Positions 24,250-37,140 are shown, counted from the stretch's first letter. The stretch: 64,000 bases of DNA from Ginglymostoma cirratum (GCA_024137785.1 JAHRHZ010000110.1:124001-188000), one strand, 5' to 3'. Made by a program: numbers and translations. Notes: a model not told the origin generated them from the sequence alone.

Positions 24250-24770
24250 GCAGCGGAGATTTACAAGAATGTTGCCAGGACTGGATAAGATGAAACTTTC
24301 CAGAATGTTTGGTTAGGCTGGGATTCTTCTCATTGGAACTCAGGAGGTTGACTGGAGTTTATATTAATATAACAACATTTATTAACATCCAATATTCTTA
24401 GGGGCCTTGAAAGGGTTAATTTGGACAAATGGTTTCCCCGAGCGCGAGAGAGAAGGACTATCGGACATCATATCAGAATAAAGTTTAGTCCATTTAATTT
24501 GGAAACGAGGAGGAATTTCTTTTCTTAGGGGCCAGTGAACCTGTGGAATTCTTTCCCGCAGATGGCTGTTAAGGATGAATTGTTGGGTATTGTCAAATTG
24601 AGCTAGACAGACGTCTAATCAGTAAGACGGTCAAGAGTTGTTCAAGTCAAGCAGCAGAAAGGAGTTGAAGATTACCATTGAAAGGTGCAGCAGGCTCGTT
24701 GTTTCGAATATGTCTGCTCTTAATTTATTCCTGCTGTTCCTCCATCATTTTGCCTATGGTCTTATTTAAT
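24250..24770 (+). mobile_element. CR1 3' fragment
   Basis: gcagcggagatttacaagaatgttgccagg...gaggaggaatttcttttcttag...ctgtggaattct. Confidence 0.75.
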
Positions 24771-26169
24771 CCATAGGTCCAACATTGTTTGGGAGGTGGA
24801 CTTGGATAAAATTATAGTCTTATTTTCATGCAGTCACGCCTTGTAGCTAATCATGGCCCTTTCACTCCGCTCCCTCGGCGTTTGTTTTCAACCGATAACA
24901 TTTTGGATTCTTCCAAATGAATTGAAAGTCATTCTAAGTAAGTCTGACTGCCAGCATCGCCCCACAAACGCTCCACGGGCTAGTTTACCTTTGTTTAGAA
25001 GCCCTGTACACTGTGATTACTCACACATGCGCAACATGGAGTCATTCTCAGTCTGAATTTTAAACCAAGGCTAAAATGGAGAAAGCTTCTTCCTAACGAT
25101 GAGAACATTAAAGGAACGACAACTTAACAGTGAAAGTTGGTTCATCAACATTTCTTCTGCACTCTTCTTTATTCCTTGTGCCAGTTAATTAAATTTGCCT
25201 CCCAGCCTGTCACAGACTTTTACTATTGTTGTTTTTACAGAATCGTGCCTTTACACTTAGAAATGCTGGGAATACTCACAATCCTGTCCCTCCCCATCCG
25301 AGAATAAACATTTCTTGGATCAAAATAAAACATGTCACACAGGTAGAAGAAATCATCAGTGTCTTGGGAAACCTTCAAGAGGAGTCCTATCAGATTTCTG
25401 CTGTAATCTTAGCAAAAAGATCATTCTCGCTTGGATTCTGTTTTTCACAGAGAGTGCAGGGAGATCGTGAAGATCGGATGGATCTTCTGTGCGTCCTATT
25501 TGTTGAATTTCAAAATTAGGCGATTTTCAGCTTCCTGACTTTAGACTTATTGTTCTGTTGTTCTGGCAAGCCATCCACATGACATATATTTCCTGGAGAC
25601 TTTTCCTGTAACTCACAGAACAACCAGGATGCAGACAACACCAATCAGCATTGGAACTGAACTCATCGCCTGTCATTGGGTTTGACAAATACAGTCTATA
25701 AAATTCAGTCTCACCGTTAATGTGAAGAGGGGCTGTGGGACGGCAGTTTCCTCTCCTGCTGTTCAGTAAAGATCATTCCAACTGTAAAATGAATTGTTGT
25801 TGATAGGAAATATTTCTTCCTGAACTCACTGCCATCTGCTTGAACAAGAGGAGTTGAAATCTCCTTATAGATTTAAACATAAAGTTGCGTGTTTAAAAAT
25901 TAAGTGAGAAAATATCTGCATACCGTTCGCAGCATGGAGGTGTTACTGACTGAATGAAGCAGCTGACCAGAGGGAGGCAGTTGTGTGTTTAAACCCCACA
26001 ATGGACACTTTGTGTTTGAGCAAACAACATCCCTGCAGCAGTGTTCCCAATATAAAAGTGACAGCAAAGTACCACACATTATTGAACAGTAACTGAATCC
26101 GAGTAACACTATCAAGCAGTGCCCACAAAACAACAAGCTCTGCTTTGAATTCAAGGAGAAGCACTTTAC

Positions 26170-26241
26170 TGAGCCTGACGTGATTTAAACACGCAACAAT
26201 CTGATCTGGAGTGAGACATGCTACCTCTGCATCACAAGCTC
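26170..26241 (-). pseudogene. tRNA-Trp(CCA) pseudogene
   Basis: tgagcctgacgtgatttaaacacgcaacaatctgatctggagtgagacatgctacc; flanks are inverted paralogs of about 800-2030. Confidence 0.85.
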
Positions 26242-26762
26242 ATAACTCGCAGAAACGTCGCTGTGCAGAATTAAGTGATCATAACCCAATGAGAAATTAT
26301 GACGTAAAAGGGAGGTAGAAAGGTCGCGCACTTCCTGCATTTTTTCTCTGCACTCTCTCCGCGTGTCTCCAATCGCCTTTTTCACTCTCCACTCATTTGT
26401 CTGTCCTTTTTCTCCCTCAGCCTGCCCTTCTCCACTTCATTCTTTCAGCCTCTCTCTTCTTGCCATTTAGGTTTCTCGCTGATACATCCTAATCTGAACT
26501 GGGGAGATTGATTTTAGTGTGTGCGTCACAGGGTGGATCCAGGAATTACGCTTGAACCTCCATCAGGCACAACGAGAAATAAACGATTTGGTCGTGGAAT
26601 GGGAGTGGGGGTAGATTCCAATACAGATACGCTTAGGCATTTTCCACTCATGTTCTTGTGAGTAAACGACAAAACAAGTAACTGACTGTATTCCAGAACT
26701 TGCATCATTCGGAACCTAATGTTCTTGATTTCAAACAAACCTGACTCGCTTTCTTCAGCTCT

Positions 26763-26840
26763 GTCCGGGGCAGCACAATGGATAAAGTAATGACATCTGT
26801 TTAGGGATCAGGAGATTGTAGTTTTCTCTCTGGTTGAGTG
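26763..26840 (+). pseudogene. tRNA-Arg(ACG-type) remnant
   Basis: gcacaatggataa...ggatcaggagattgtag; downstream flank paralogous to that of Arg at 32645. Confidence 0.6.
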
Positions 26841-27333
26841 AAGTTCATGACTTCATTCTTCTTTCAAAATACTATTTTCCCTTGGCCTGAAGCCGCGATG
26901 AGGTTTGAATTTCTGTTGCACACGAACGAGAATCCTTTCACAGTCTAAAATCAATAAATGTTACCCAGAACATCAGAGTGAATGTCCCAGCATCATCAAA
27001 GGAGCGGAAGCTGAAACAGTCCCACAAGTTTCTCATGGGCACCTTCCCATTTCCAAAACCCACCGATCCAATCATGCGGTTCCTGGCAATGACAAGGCAA
27101 AAAAAAATGTAAAATCGAGTCTCAGCTTTGTGAAGCTTTAGATGCACTTTGCGAAGTGGAATCAGAGGAGAAATAAATATTAACTGTCCCACTGAGTAGA
27201 GACGGTCGTCTTTCAGAATCTGGGGCATTGACTCACATTCTCGGGATCATTTAATGATCCGAGACATTGAAAAGATTCCTGTCACAGCTGCCTTGCTTCT
27301 GCTGTTGTCACTATAAAGAACAATAAATCTTGA

Positions 27334-27400
27334 TTCCCTGAACACGAACAGAGATAGGCCGTGGCGTTGAAAACGCCAATTCCTAACCACGAGCAGGAAG
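27334..27400 (-). pseudogene. tRNA-Glu(TTC) remnant
   Basis: ttccctga...ggccgtggcgttgaaaacgccaattcctaaccac. Confidence 0.7.
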
Positions 27401-27516
27401 GAATTCATTGTACTTGCATGAATGTTTCTTCTGATTTATTTTCGTCAAACTCCCGCTTTTCCATATGTCTCCATTTGACGTTAGAATATTATTTACATGG
27501 AAAAGGAAGAAAAATG

Positions 27517-27540
27517 CAACTCTGGTGGAATTCGAACCTA
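27517..27540 (-). pseudogene. tRNA 3'-end fragment (Arg-TCT-like)
   Basis: caactctggtggaattcgaacc resembles the revcomp T-arm and acceptor of Arg-TCT. Confidence 0.35.
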
Positions 27541-27979
27541 CTAGATAAAAGCAAGAATTACGTCTTCAAGTGCCGGTTCACTTCCTAATATTTAGGGGAT
27601 TACTTTCCTTACCAGTTCAGTTCCATTTATAATGCTTCACGGGGAAACATATGCCAAACATTTCAAAAGCATGAAATATTTTTACAGTCGACGCTATTCA
27701 GCTGTACGCATTCACAAAATTTATTTATATATAAATTTCCTTTATCTATTTTTGAAAGTCATGATCAGTTGTGTCGCAATTTACAAGGGGCTTAAGTTGG
27801 AATAATATGCCACACTTTTCAAAGCCATGAGCTTTTCCACACTCCGTCTGAATCATCTGTTCATGACATTTCTTTGCAGCTAAAGTCGTTCAAATTCGAA
27901 TTGATTTCCCTGCTTAGCCCTGCCCCGACCTTCCCTGCCACCCAGCATCCGGCACCCATTCCCCTCAGACCTGGACACT

Positions 27980-29230
27980 GACTCTCTCCCCTTATTAAAC
28001 TCATTCCTTACGTGTATGCTCATACATCTTTTAAAACACTCAGGAATCAGCTTCTAATTTTATTTCTGGAAAATCGTTGTCGACTTAAATAACTCTCCGA
28101 GTCAAAAAAATTCGACTCCAATGTTTTCTTTCCCATTCATTGATGTTTTTGAATCTCTGACCTCTCTGACCTTGATTCACTTGAAAGAGGGAATGTTCCT
28201 CCAATATAAACACACTGAACCTCGCATCGTCAAGGAAATCTCCGTTAGTTTACTTCCCAATTTTGCCGAGTTCAGGTGCAGCTTTTCCAAACTTTCCAAC
28301 ATCTCGTGAATATAATCCTGTATCCTGTCCAGCATCCCGACAAAATCGTCTGCGTCTTTTCTAATCTCTATAGTTTTGGTGAAGAATGAGAACAAGGATT
28401 ACATACAATGTTCGAACTGAGGCTGATCTACAGACATTACAGTTCTACAATGATCTCTTCGCTTAATTTCGCGATTGCTCCACTTATAAACTTTACTAAC
28501 CCAAATTATTATCTGACCACATCATGGAGGTCGTCTCTATGGGGCCCAAAAGCTCTTGACTCACTTCTTTTGGTAATTTCATGGAATGTGGGAATGGCTT
28601 GTAACGCCAACATCCCTAAATCCCTGTGACCCAAGTCACTCTCAGCTATTTCGAAAGGTAACTGACGTTCAACTACCTCCCTGTGAGGCTGTAGTCATTT
28701 CCAGTGCAGACTGGGTAAGAACAGTTTGTATCCTTCACCAAAGGTCAAACTGAAACTGAAATCTACACTTAAAAAAAAGACTCTCCTATCTATTGTATAT
28801 TATCTTTCGATGTTGATGTCCCGTTTGTGCATCAATTTGTGTCTCTCTGCATTGAATTCGACTGCATGACTACTTTGTGAATGAACATATTTTCCTCACC
28901 AATAATTATTCTGAAGTCTATAGCGCACTGCCTGATATTATCTGTATGTTCCTGAAGGACAGTCTTCACATCCCTGGAATGAATCCAGTGAACATTCGTT
29001 ACACGACCTCGAAAGCAGTAATTCCTTACCTGAGCTCGGAAATCATTACTCCACTGACCTGCTGTTGTGTGCTCAACAAAACCAAGATAATTGCCGCAAG
29101 AATTTCACATCCAGTTTTTGCGATCTGATTCCTATAAGAGTTGGCCCAAATCGTTGACAATGACTTCCAAATTTGTCTGAACACAATCATTTGCTGTTCT
29201 CTCTTCATCAACAAGTTCTGCATTTTAACA
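27980..29230 (-). mobile_element. Highly degraded CR1 3' fragments
   Basis: Two degenerate revcomp RT C-terminal segments (about 28000-28450 and 28830-29230). Confidence 0.5.
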
Positions 29231-29334
29231 TCAAGTAATTTATAAGTTTATTTACTTTTCCAACAATTTCAAACAAACTCACTCATAGTTTACAAACTGA
29301 TAGAAAGTAGCAGCTTCGTCAACGTGTAAAGCAG

Positions 29335-29405
29335 CGCGCAGTGGTCATGTGGGAAGGCATTGGTCTCGTACACCAAACGTCGTGCTTTGGTCCCAGCCTG
29401 TGCCG
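29335..29405 (+). pseudogene. tRNA-Thr(CGT) pseudogene
   Basis: gcgcagtggtcatgtgggaaggcattggtctcgtacaccaaacgtcgtg...cctgtgcc. Confidence 0.8.
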
Positions 29406-30089
29406 AGGAGAGTACTTGTTGATAATCGTGACACCAAAGAGTCCATCATTGGCCTTTTGGACCGTGGCCGTTCCTCAGAGTGATAGCACAACTAATTTGC
29501 AGCGATCGCAGTGTGACTGAGTTGTACTTTTACTTTGAAGGAGAGAAGGTTGGATCCAAGACAAGTCTTTCAAACCTTGAAAGTGCAATAGTATCAGTTC
29601 AAAATTATGGCTGAAGTGAAATGAAATGTTAGGTTAAGAGTTGTCTCAGTTTGGCTGCGATAGCAGTAATTTAAGGAGATATTTCATAATATTCAGAAAA
29701 AGAAAAACTCAATTGTCTTTGCCAGCTTTCCTTCACTTTTGAAGATTAGCACACATTTTTGAAGACTGACTCTGGCTTCACAATTCCACTGCGTCACACC
29801 ACCCAGAAGGTAAGAGTCAGGCAATTAGACAAGCAGAAGGACCAAAAACCTTCAGTGCACGTACAGTGACAGATAAAGTGCTCAGGAGACAAGCAGCGCG
29901 CTGAGATGGAATGGGATTATTTATGTGAAAGGACTTCTTCCGTAACCTCTGTTACGTAGAGACTCCCCTCATGTTGGAAATATGAATTTCCTGCCTGTAA
30001 TTCTGACGAACAGCTAAATATTTGCCGACTAGCACACAACGCATAAGAGGCAGTGACATACCATCTTCGTGGTTGGCTCACCAAGCTAG

Positions 30090-30820
30090 TTCATTATTCC
30101 GCAGATGTTTCATTCCGCCGAATTGTACCTCCTCCAAGTATTCAAAGACAATAGATACCTACCCGAAAAACTGTATCAGAAGATGCCTACCACACGAACG
30201 ATACCAAGGAGATACTATGTGCCCTGACACACTCATCACGCTACCTTACATCAGGAACACATCTGAAATGACCGTAAGGTTCCTGCGACAACTGGGCATC
30301 AGAGTAGCACACAAACCCACCTCATCCTACGCCAACTGCTCACCCGAACCAAAGAACCACTAGCCACCAGGGACAGGACCAATGTCATATACAAGATTCC
30401 CTGCAAATACTGCGGCAAACAGTCCATTGGATCCACAGGAAGGAAATTAACCTAAAGAGCACATCCACATGGACAAGAAGAACAACCAATTTAATTGGGA
30501 CAATACCAGGCCCCTGGACAGGCAAGGCAGAGACAAGCACGGGAATTCCGAGAAGCCTGGTACTCCACCCAGAATGTGATCAATAAACAAATAGAGCTCG
30601 ACCACATATACACTACACTGCAAAGGAAAACCTAAAGTAAGTTTACTCATTTCAACGGACGCCAAAGTTTAAATAACAGGCAGGAAAACAGAACAGCGCT
30701 TGAACGGAGGCTGCGCTGATGATGTTCCCCAGCAGAGTAATGAAACTTCTGCGAAACAACCAACCAGCTCGGCAAGCCAACCAGCCACAGCATCCACAAC
30801 TCGAACTACAAATATACCCT
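30090..30820 (+). mobile_element. Penelope-like element 3' part (RT-EN linker, GIY-YIG remnant, terminal hammerhead)
   Basis: ITLPYIRNTSEMTVRFLRQLGIRVAHKP, TNVIYKIPC, then ctgatgatgttccccagcagagtaatgaaac. Confidence 0.88.
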
Positions 30821-31377
30821 AAAATCATTAAGGTATTTGCTGTTTCTTCACTCAAATCTCGATCGGTTTACCCTGTATCTTCCTAACTCCTGCTTCCAGT
30901 AAACACTTCAAAATGGAACAAATCTATCAAACCGCTTTCATTCCAAAACAGACACAAGTTGCAGCTTGCAGAAGGCATGTATTGGCACTTTCAATGATAC
31001 TCTGTTTCCTCGGGAGCTACAGTGCTGTCCGGCGCTGATTCAGCCAGCACCGTCCTTCCTGTGACATGTAACATCGTGAATGGGAGGACAGATAGTAATA
31101 ACCCACACTTGTCTATGTGTCAATGTGCAGCGAGTGTTCGATGGTGCAGTGCCTCAGTGACCTGGGAGGAGAGACTTAAAAGGGGGTTTGTGACAGTGGG
31201 AGGCAGAAATGTCTACGAGAAGAGGCAGGTTTGAATTCCAATACATCAAACGCAGACATGTGAGAGAGCGGATGTTTGCGGGAATAAAATCACCACCTCA
31301 GGCAATATTTTCATGCAAATCAATTAATTCTTTAATGAACAATTGTCCTAAGGAGCAAAATGAGTTAGAACAACGGC

Positions 31378-31449
31378 TACTGTGACTCGGGCTCGAACCG
31401 ATGATGCTGCGGCCAAAACGCAGAATATTAACCATTATACGATCACAAC
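31378..31449 (-). tRNA. tRNA-His body with TTG anticodon, still foldable (probable pseudogene)
   Basis: GTTGTGA TC GTAT AATGGTTA ATAT T CTGCG TTTTGGC CGCAG CATC ATCGG TTCGAGC CCGAG TCACAGT A. Confidence 0.85.
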
Positions 31450-31883
31450 AACACAGTAAAAGACGCGATTAAAAAGTATGATAAGAACAATGATTGAGGA
31501 TGTTTTCGGAACAGCACCGGATACACAACGGGAAGACTTGGCGATCAGTGGACTGACTTGTAAGTACTCAGAGGGAGCTGCAATCTTTAACTTCGATGCT
31601 CGCAGACTCTATCATTGAGTAAATTGAAGACTGAGATTGATAGATTTCAATAAAACATCAAAGGTTCGGGGAGAGGGCAGGATATTGTTGAATTGTATTT
31701 TTGAAAAGCATTGCAGTTTAATAACGGTTGCTTCACCAGTTTTCTCACACAAGGAAGTAACCACTGCTGCAGACGACAATATAATCCCAGTTCCCAGGCC
31801 CGGAACCAGAGAAACTCAATGGCGCAGCCGCAAAGATACAACCAGAAATGTGAATGGCAATGACCACGTGAAGCAATTCTGTG

Positions 31884-31979
31884 GTTCCAGTGACGCAATC
31901 GGTGAGCGCGCGGTCCTTCTGTGACAGTATAGAGGCGTGTGAAATGCCGAGACTGTGAGCTCCAACCTCACCCGGAGCA
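31884..31979 (+). pseudogene. Intron-containing tRNA-Ile(TAT)-derived gene, anticodon TCT
   Basis: gttccagtgacgcaatcggtgagcgcgcggtccttctg[tgacagtatagaggcgtgtgaa]atgccgagactgtgagctccaacctcacccggagca. Confidence 0.88.
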
Positions 31980-32644
31980 GCTTTTACAGACATGGAGCAG
32001 GGTTTACTGGGACATCAGGATTTGGAAAAGCAATTTTAATCTGAAGCAAAATAATTTTTGGCTGCACAGATGTTTGTGGACTGGGAGAGGATCTGTCCGT
32101 GAAAATGTCTTAATTGTAAAGAATAATGCTGCAAGTATTCAACTCGGAAAGAATGATATCTGTGCAGTGAGAAATGGAAGTAATGTTTTCTCTCTCTGAA
32201 CTTGCTCATATGGTTGACTCTGCACCGGGTTAAATTTCAGGAACGGCTTTTTCACTCGTTTCATCGTATTCATTTCCTGTAAACACACACAGGTCATTAA
32301 AGTAATCTAAACTTCCGACAAATAATGGGAATAAACGATGTTGTGATTAGGATCAAATTTTCCTCATGTTGTGGAGGAAAAGCAGGAAAGTGGAGTTGAG
32401 ATTTATTAGAACAGTAGTGATTTCATTGAATAGCTGGGTGGACTGGTTCAGGTGAATGGCAGCTCCCTGAGGACAAATGTGTTTTCTTTTCAGGTGAAAG
32501 ACAGCGTATCACAATGTCGGGGCCATTGAACTGAAACAGTGATGGTGATAATCTCTGCTGGCAGTTCATGTTGTGACTGTTACAATTGCTATTCATGTCC
32601 GTGTTACCACCTTAACTGCATTGGATCAGACACCACCATGCAGA

Positions 32645-32717
32645 GGGCCAGTGGCACAATGGATAACACTCTTGACTACGTATCAGGAGAATGTGGGTTT
32701 GACTCCTACTTTGTTTG
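32645..32717 (+). pseudogene. tRNA-Arg(ACG) pseudogene
   Basis: gggccagtggcacaatggataacactcttgactacgtatcaggagaatgtgggtttgactcct. Confidence 0.87.
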
Positions 32718-33208
32718 AGAGCAGTGTAGAAATTTATTAAACCTCCCAACTAATCTTTCTCCCTGTTATGAAGTCGAGGTGACGTTTGAATTTCTGTAGG
32801 AACGAGACCCCTTTCACGATCTCCTCTCAGTGAATGTCACCAATGTCCCAGCCTCGTCAGAGAAGGGGAAGTTGAAATTGTCCCAACAGCTGCTTATGCC
32901 TACCGTCTGGTTTCCCAAACCCACCGACCCAATCACTGCAGCAGCTGTGAATAGCAAGGAAACAAAACAAATCATCCAGATTCACCTTCAAGAAACTTTA
33001 GAATCTCTTTGGGATATGAAATCAGAGGAGAATGAAGGGTGAAATGTCCGAATGTACAGAGACAGTTAAGGCACCATTACCATCTTTAAGAGGCTGGGAC
33101 TTTGACTCTCATGTTCTCGGGGACATGAACTGATCCGTGACATTGAATGGATTCCATCAGAACTGCTTTACCTTTACGATTGCCCCTGTCAAGAACAATC
33201 AATCCTGA

Positions 33209-33280
33209 TTTCCTGACCGGGAATCACACCCAGGACGCGGAGGTGAAAGTGTCAAATCCTAACCACCAGGCCACCAGAGT
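33209..33280 (-). pseudogene. tRNA-Glu(TTC) pseudogene
   Basis: tttcctgaccgggaatcacacccaggacgcggaggtgaaagtgtcaaatcctaaccaccaggccaccag. Confidence 0.88.
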
Positions 33281-34190
33281 TGAGGTCAGAAGGACGTGAA
33301 TTGTTTCATAATGATGCAGATTCTGACTTCTTGTCTCTTTCAAAATAATCAAATAGTCGAGTATTTTTTTATAGCCCCTTCGATCTCCGTTTCCAGAACT
33401 TGGCCTGTAGCCCTGTATTCTCTGACGTTTCAAGTGTTCATCTCAATAATATTTTCCCTGTGACGTTTTAATCTCAAAGGTTACAATAAATGGTACTGAA
33501 GTTTGAGACGGTAAAACTGTGCTCTTGTCCCCGTCGGGGAACTGAACCTCATTTTCACCCACAAACGGAAGCAATCAGACACATTTCCCCAAAAGTGACA
33601 GAGGCGTCAAGAGAGACCAACCCCCAGAAAGCAAGGATTTCACCCACCTGACTTATATTGTTCAATTTCAGATTTAAACATCAGAGTCTGTTTACAGCAA
33701 ACCAGAAAATCATTCGGTTGCTTCCCTGTTTGTCTTGCCCATTTTTTTCTCTTCACTCTGCAATTTATACTGCTCCACCTCATTCTTCCTGCCAAACTGG
33801 AACATTTCTCACATCAGCTGCTTCGGAAAGATCTTTCTCAAACACCTGGAAGGACAAACAGGAATATGGTATTTCAAAAGCATTTCTGGCTGATAGAGGA
33901 AATGACCTGATGTTATTAATACCGTTGCATCAGGAATAATTTCAAACTACATTTAAAGAGATCCTTTGGATGTTGGATGCAGCAGGTGGTGAAAATTCTC
34001 ACAGGACCAAGAAAGAAATGAATTCACGGCCATTCAGTGATTCACCAAACTACAGACCTAACACTGCAGGGATAGGTGTCCTCTGAGAGAGGGTTGCCTG
34101 CATTAGAAACTGCAATGTAATAGACGACTGGATAGCTTGTGCATAATAGACCAAGACAATGTAAAAAAAAAGTGTCGGTGGACACGCTGT

Positions 34191-34262
34191 GTTTCTGCGG
34201 TGTAGCGGTTATTACATTTGACTCACACCGCTGCTCCCTCATTATCTGAACAAGGCGTGTTT
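34191..34262 (+). pseudogene. tRNA-Val(CAC) pseudogene
   Basis: gtttctgcggtgtagcggttattacatttgactcacac; 3' half decayed. Confidence 0.75.
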
Positions 34263-34797
34263 TTCCCACTTTTCCATAAACGCGAACAGAGTTCATTTTT
34301 ATATTGCTGTTCTCATCACAAAATCTTACTGCTTCTAACTTGGAGATGGGGTATTGGGTAGAAAGTTTCCAAAGACAGGGAGAATCTGCTGCAGCCGTTG
34401 CCAAATTTAACAAAAGCTTTTACGACCCTTTTATATGAGAAAAACCGTTCGAGAGAAACGAGTTTCTGTAAATTGCATCTCGGGCTGGGCAGAAAGCCGC
34501 TGATTGAAGCTGCAGTGGCCGCTTTCTGCTGGTAGCTGGGAATGGGAAGAGGGGTCAAATCCCGCTGCTTGTCTCTGTCTCACTCTGTGTGGAGCAAGGG
34601 AAGAGAGAGTCTTTGATGGTTGTATTTTGAATTCAATCTCGTCTTGGATTTTGCCTGCGTTACCTGGCAGATCTTGACCCAAAGCAACCGAAGTACTGCA
34701 TCTGCATGGCATCGAGCTAGTATCTTTTCAACTTACATTCTGATGCTGATCCGTTGAGCCACGGAAACGGACGTCAACAAACTATGCAAAATCCCCT

Positions 34798-34978
34798 GAT
34801 GTGGAGGTGCCAGTGTCGGACAGGTGCAGACAAAGTCTGTAATCACGTGACACCAGGTTTGGTCCAACAGGTTTATTTGAAAACACAAGCTTTCGGAACC
34901 TCACTCATACATCAGGAGTTAGTGAGAGAAGTGTCAGACACAGAATTTAAAACGAAAAGATAAAAAGGGTCAGACCAC
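34798..34978 (-). mobile_element. Short Penelope-derived repeat (paralog at 62125-62296)
   Basis: gtggaggtgccagtgtcgg...acaccaggtttggtccaacaggtttatttgaaaacacaagctttcgga. Confidence 0.75.
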
Positions 34979-35433
34979 TCTCTGATTGGAGAGTACGGTA
35001 TCACAGACTGCTGCTTGTCCCTGTCCCTGTCCCACTCTGAGTGGAGCCGAGGTGAAGCATTTGTGGTGCTGTATAAGTCCAACCTCATCATAGAGGTCTA
35101 GCGGGTGAGAAGGAGATACGTGGTCCATATAATTGTTTGATCTGAAACTGCTGAAGCCGCGTACCTGGGTGGTCTCGAGCTACAGCCCTTTCAGTGACTG
35201 ACCAATTGAGACGCAAAACTGGCGCCAACATGACATGCAATGTCCCCAAGCAAAGATCTGACGATGTACTGTGCAGCTGGATCTCTCAAGAGTTTCAGGA
35301 CCTGTTGCTCATTTTACCGCTTTCTTAAGCGAAACTGTCAGAGGCCCAAGGAACTGCAAACACCGACAAGAAAAGAAGACATCACCTTCTTAACATAACC
35401 CAGATTCAAACTAGGGTATAACACAAGCAAATC

Positions 35434-35516
35434 TAGCAGCAGTGGGACTAGATCCCACGACTCAACAGAGGTGGGAAGTTTAAATCCTGCACCTGAGAAC
35501 TCTCAGCCAAGCTACT
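35434..35516 (-). pseudogene. tRNA-Leu pseudogene
   Basis: tagcagcagtgggactagatcccacg...taaatcctgcacctgagaactctcagccaagctac. Confidence 0.75.
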
Positions 35517-36559
35517 GCTTGAAGGCCACCTGCATGATACCTTCATAACTAGTGTATGCAATGAATTAGAATATTAATCTCAAGAAACTTAGAGCTTTTT
35601 TTAAAATTCTTCCTTTGGATGTGAGTTCTTGAGCATTTATTACAACTTGTAAGTTGCCCCTGAGAAGATGTTGGGGACCAATTTGTTGCAATTCGATTAA
35701 TCTGACCAACTAGCCCGAAACTCACTGAAGGAGCTCTTCAGTCAACATTTCAATCATCCTCCACTTGATACCTACAGAGAGGCACTCAGGTATATCCACT
35801 GAGAGCGAAGAAGGTCTGAGGAGTGACATTAACTCAGAAACTAAGGGTGTCTCTCACTTAGCGAATGATTGAAACATTTTGGGAGAGCAACATTCATGAA
35901 AGTTTCGAATTAAGGCGAGTTGTAATTGTTAAAACAGACCTGTTGTGTGGGTTTTCCAAACGGCAAGCAGCTGATTCAGACCAGTTAGCACCCACAATGA
36001 GCCTTCGAGCTCCAACTCTTGTTAAAGATCCCATGTGCTGTTTTCCAAGATTTCATGTCCCTTGTTTTTCCTCCTCTTTGACTCTAAAGCCTCTCTTCCA
36101 TGTTGTTCCTCGATCTGATGTCTGACTGGATCTCGAGCTCTGATGCGAAAGGTGAACTCACACTCTACTGATTCTGCCAGAATTACTGTGACCATTTTGT
36201 TTTCAAACGCTTTGCAAGTCACCTTCCTTCAGAAAATATGCACAAAATAAATAAGGCATTATTCCCTGACCAGGGATCGTATTGTATCGAGACGAAAACA
36301 CGAGAGCTTCCGGAACATAGTTCTGAATTCTTGCAGATTGCCCAACATGATTTCACATCAGGCACTTTTCCCCCAAGACGCAACCAATGACTGACATGAT
36401 GGAAGTGAATGGATCATTGTCAACTATGTGGATGACACAGAAATAAGTAATAAGCTAAATAATGAGTCAGAACTCAATGGTCAACATGTTTATTTGAAAT
36501 CAAAAGCATTCGGAGAGATGCTCCTTCGTCAGGTGTCAGAATTCAACTTTAATGTAGCC

Positions 36560-37140
36560 AATATTTCAAATAGAATGTACAATGATTGTGGAAAGGGATT
36601 GTTATAGTTATACAAGGTACAGCAAGGGTACAGTGAGCAGCTTTGGAACCACACCTAAAGTAAGGTACATTGGCGTTGGATTAGTGCAGTGAAGGTTCAC
36701 CGCATTCTCTGGTGGGTAGAGGAATTTTCGTGTGAGCAGATATTGAGTAGGTTGGGCCTCTACTCTTTGGACTTTAAAAGAATGAGTGAAGACGGCATTG
36801 AAAAAGTTAATATTCTGAGTGGCCTTGACAAGATAAATGTGGGCCTGATGTTTTCTGTATGGAAGGGTTCAGGGCCAGAAGGCATCATCTCAGTCTGAGC
36901 AGTCACTCACTTTGGACAGATACAAGGAGGATTCAATTTTCTCTCAGAGGCGATGAATCTGTGGAATTCTTTACGACAGAGTTAGGCTGTGTCGGTAAGT
37001 ATAATCAAAACTCAGATAGACATTTGTAATTATTTAGGATATGAAGGATTATGTGGATAAGGCATGCAAATCGTGTCTCCAGATTATCAGATTATCGAAG
37101 ATTTCATGGAATGGGGAACGGATAGAATGGACCGTATGAT
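36560..37140 (+). mobile_element. CR1 3' fragment (paralog 59660-60230, inverted)
   Basis: gtgcagtgaaggttcacc...gttgggcctctactctttgg...ttctctcagagg...gtggaattct. Confidence 0.75.

Noticed and set aside
26280-26340. CCAAT, TGACGT and ETS-like motifs upstream of Trp
   Set aside because: Short motifs not evident in the paralogous flank near 1030-1125; could be chance.
28177-28395. Coiled-coil-like 72-aa ORF
   Set aside because: Lies in a degraded CR1 3' fragment.
34002-34040. Thr remnant syntenic with 53599
   Set aside because: Position fits, but the sequence is too decayed to call by itself.
36262-36310. Glu-like tRNA 3' fragment (ttccctgacc), mirrored at about 60500-60545
   Set aside because: Match too short to call.
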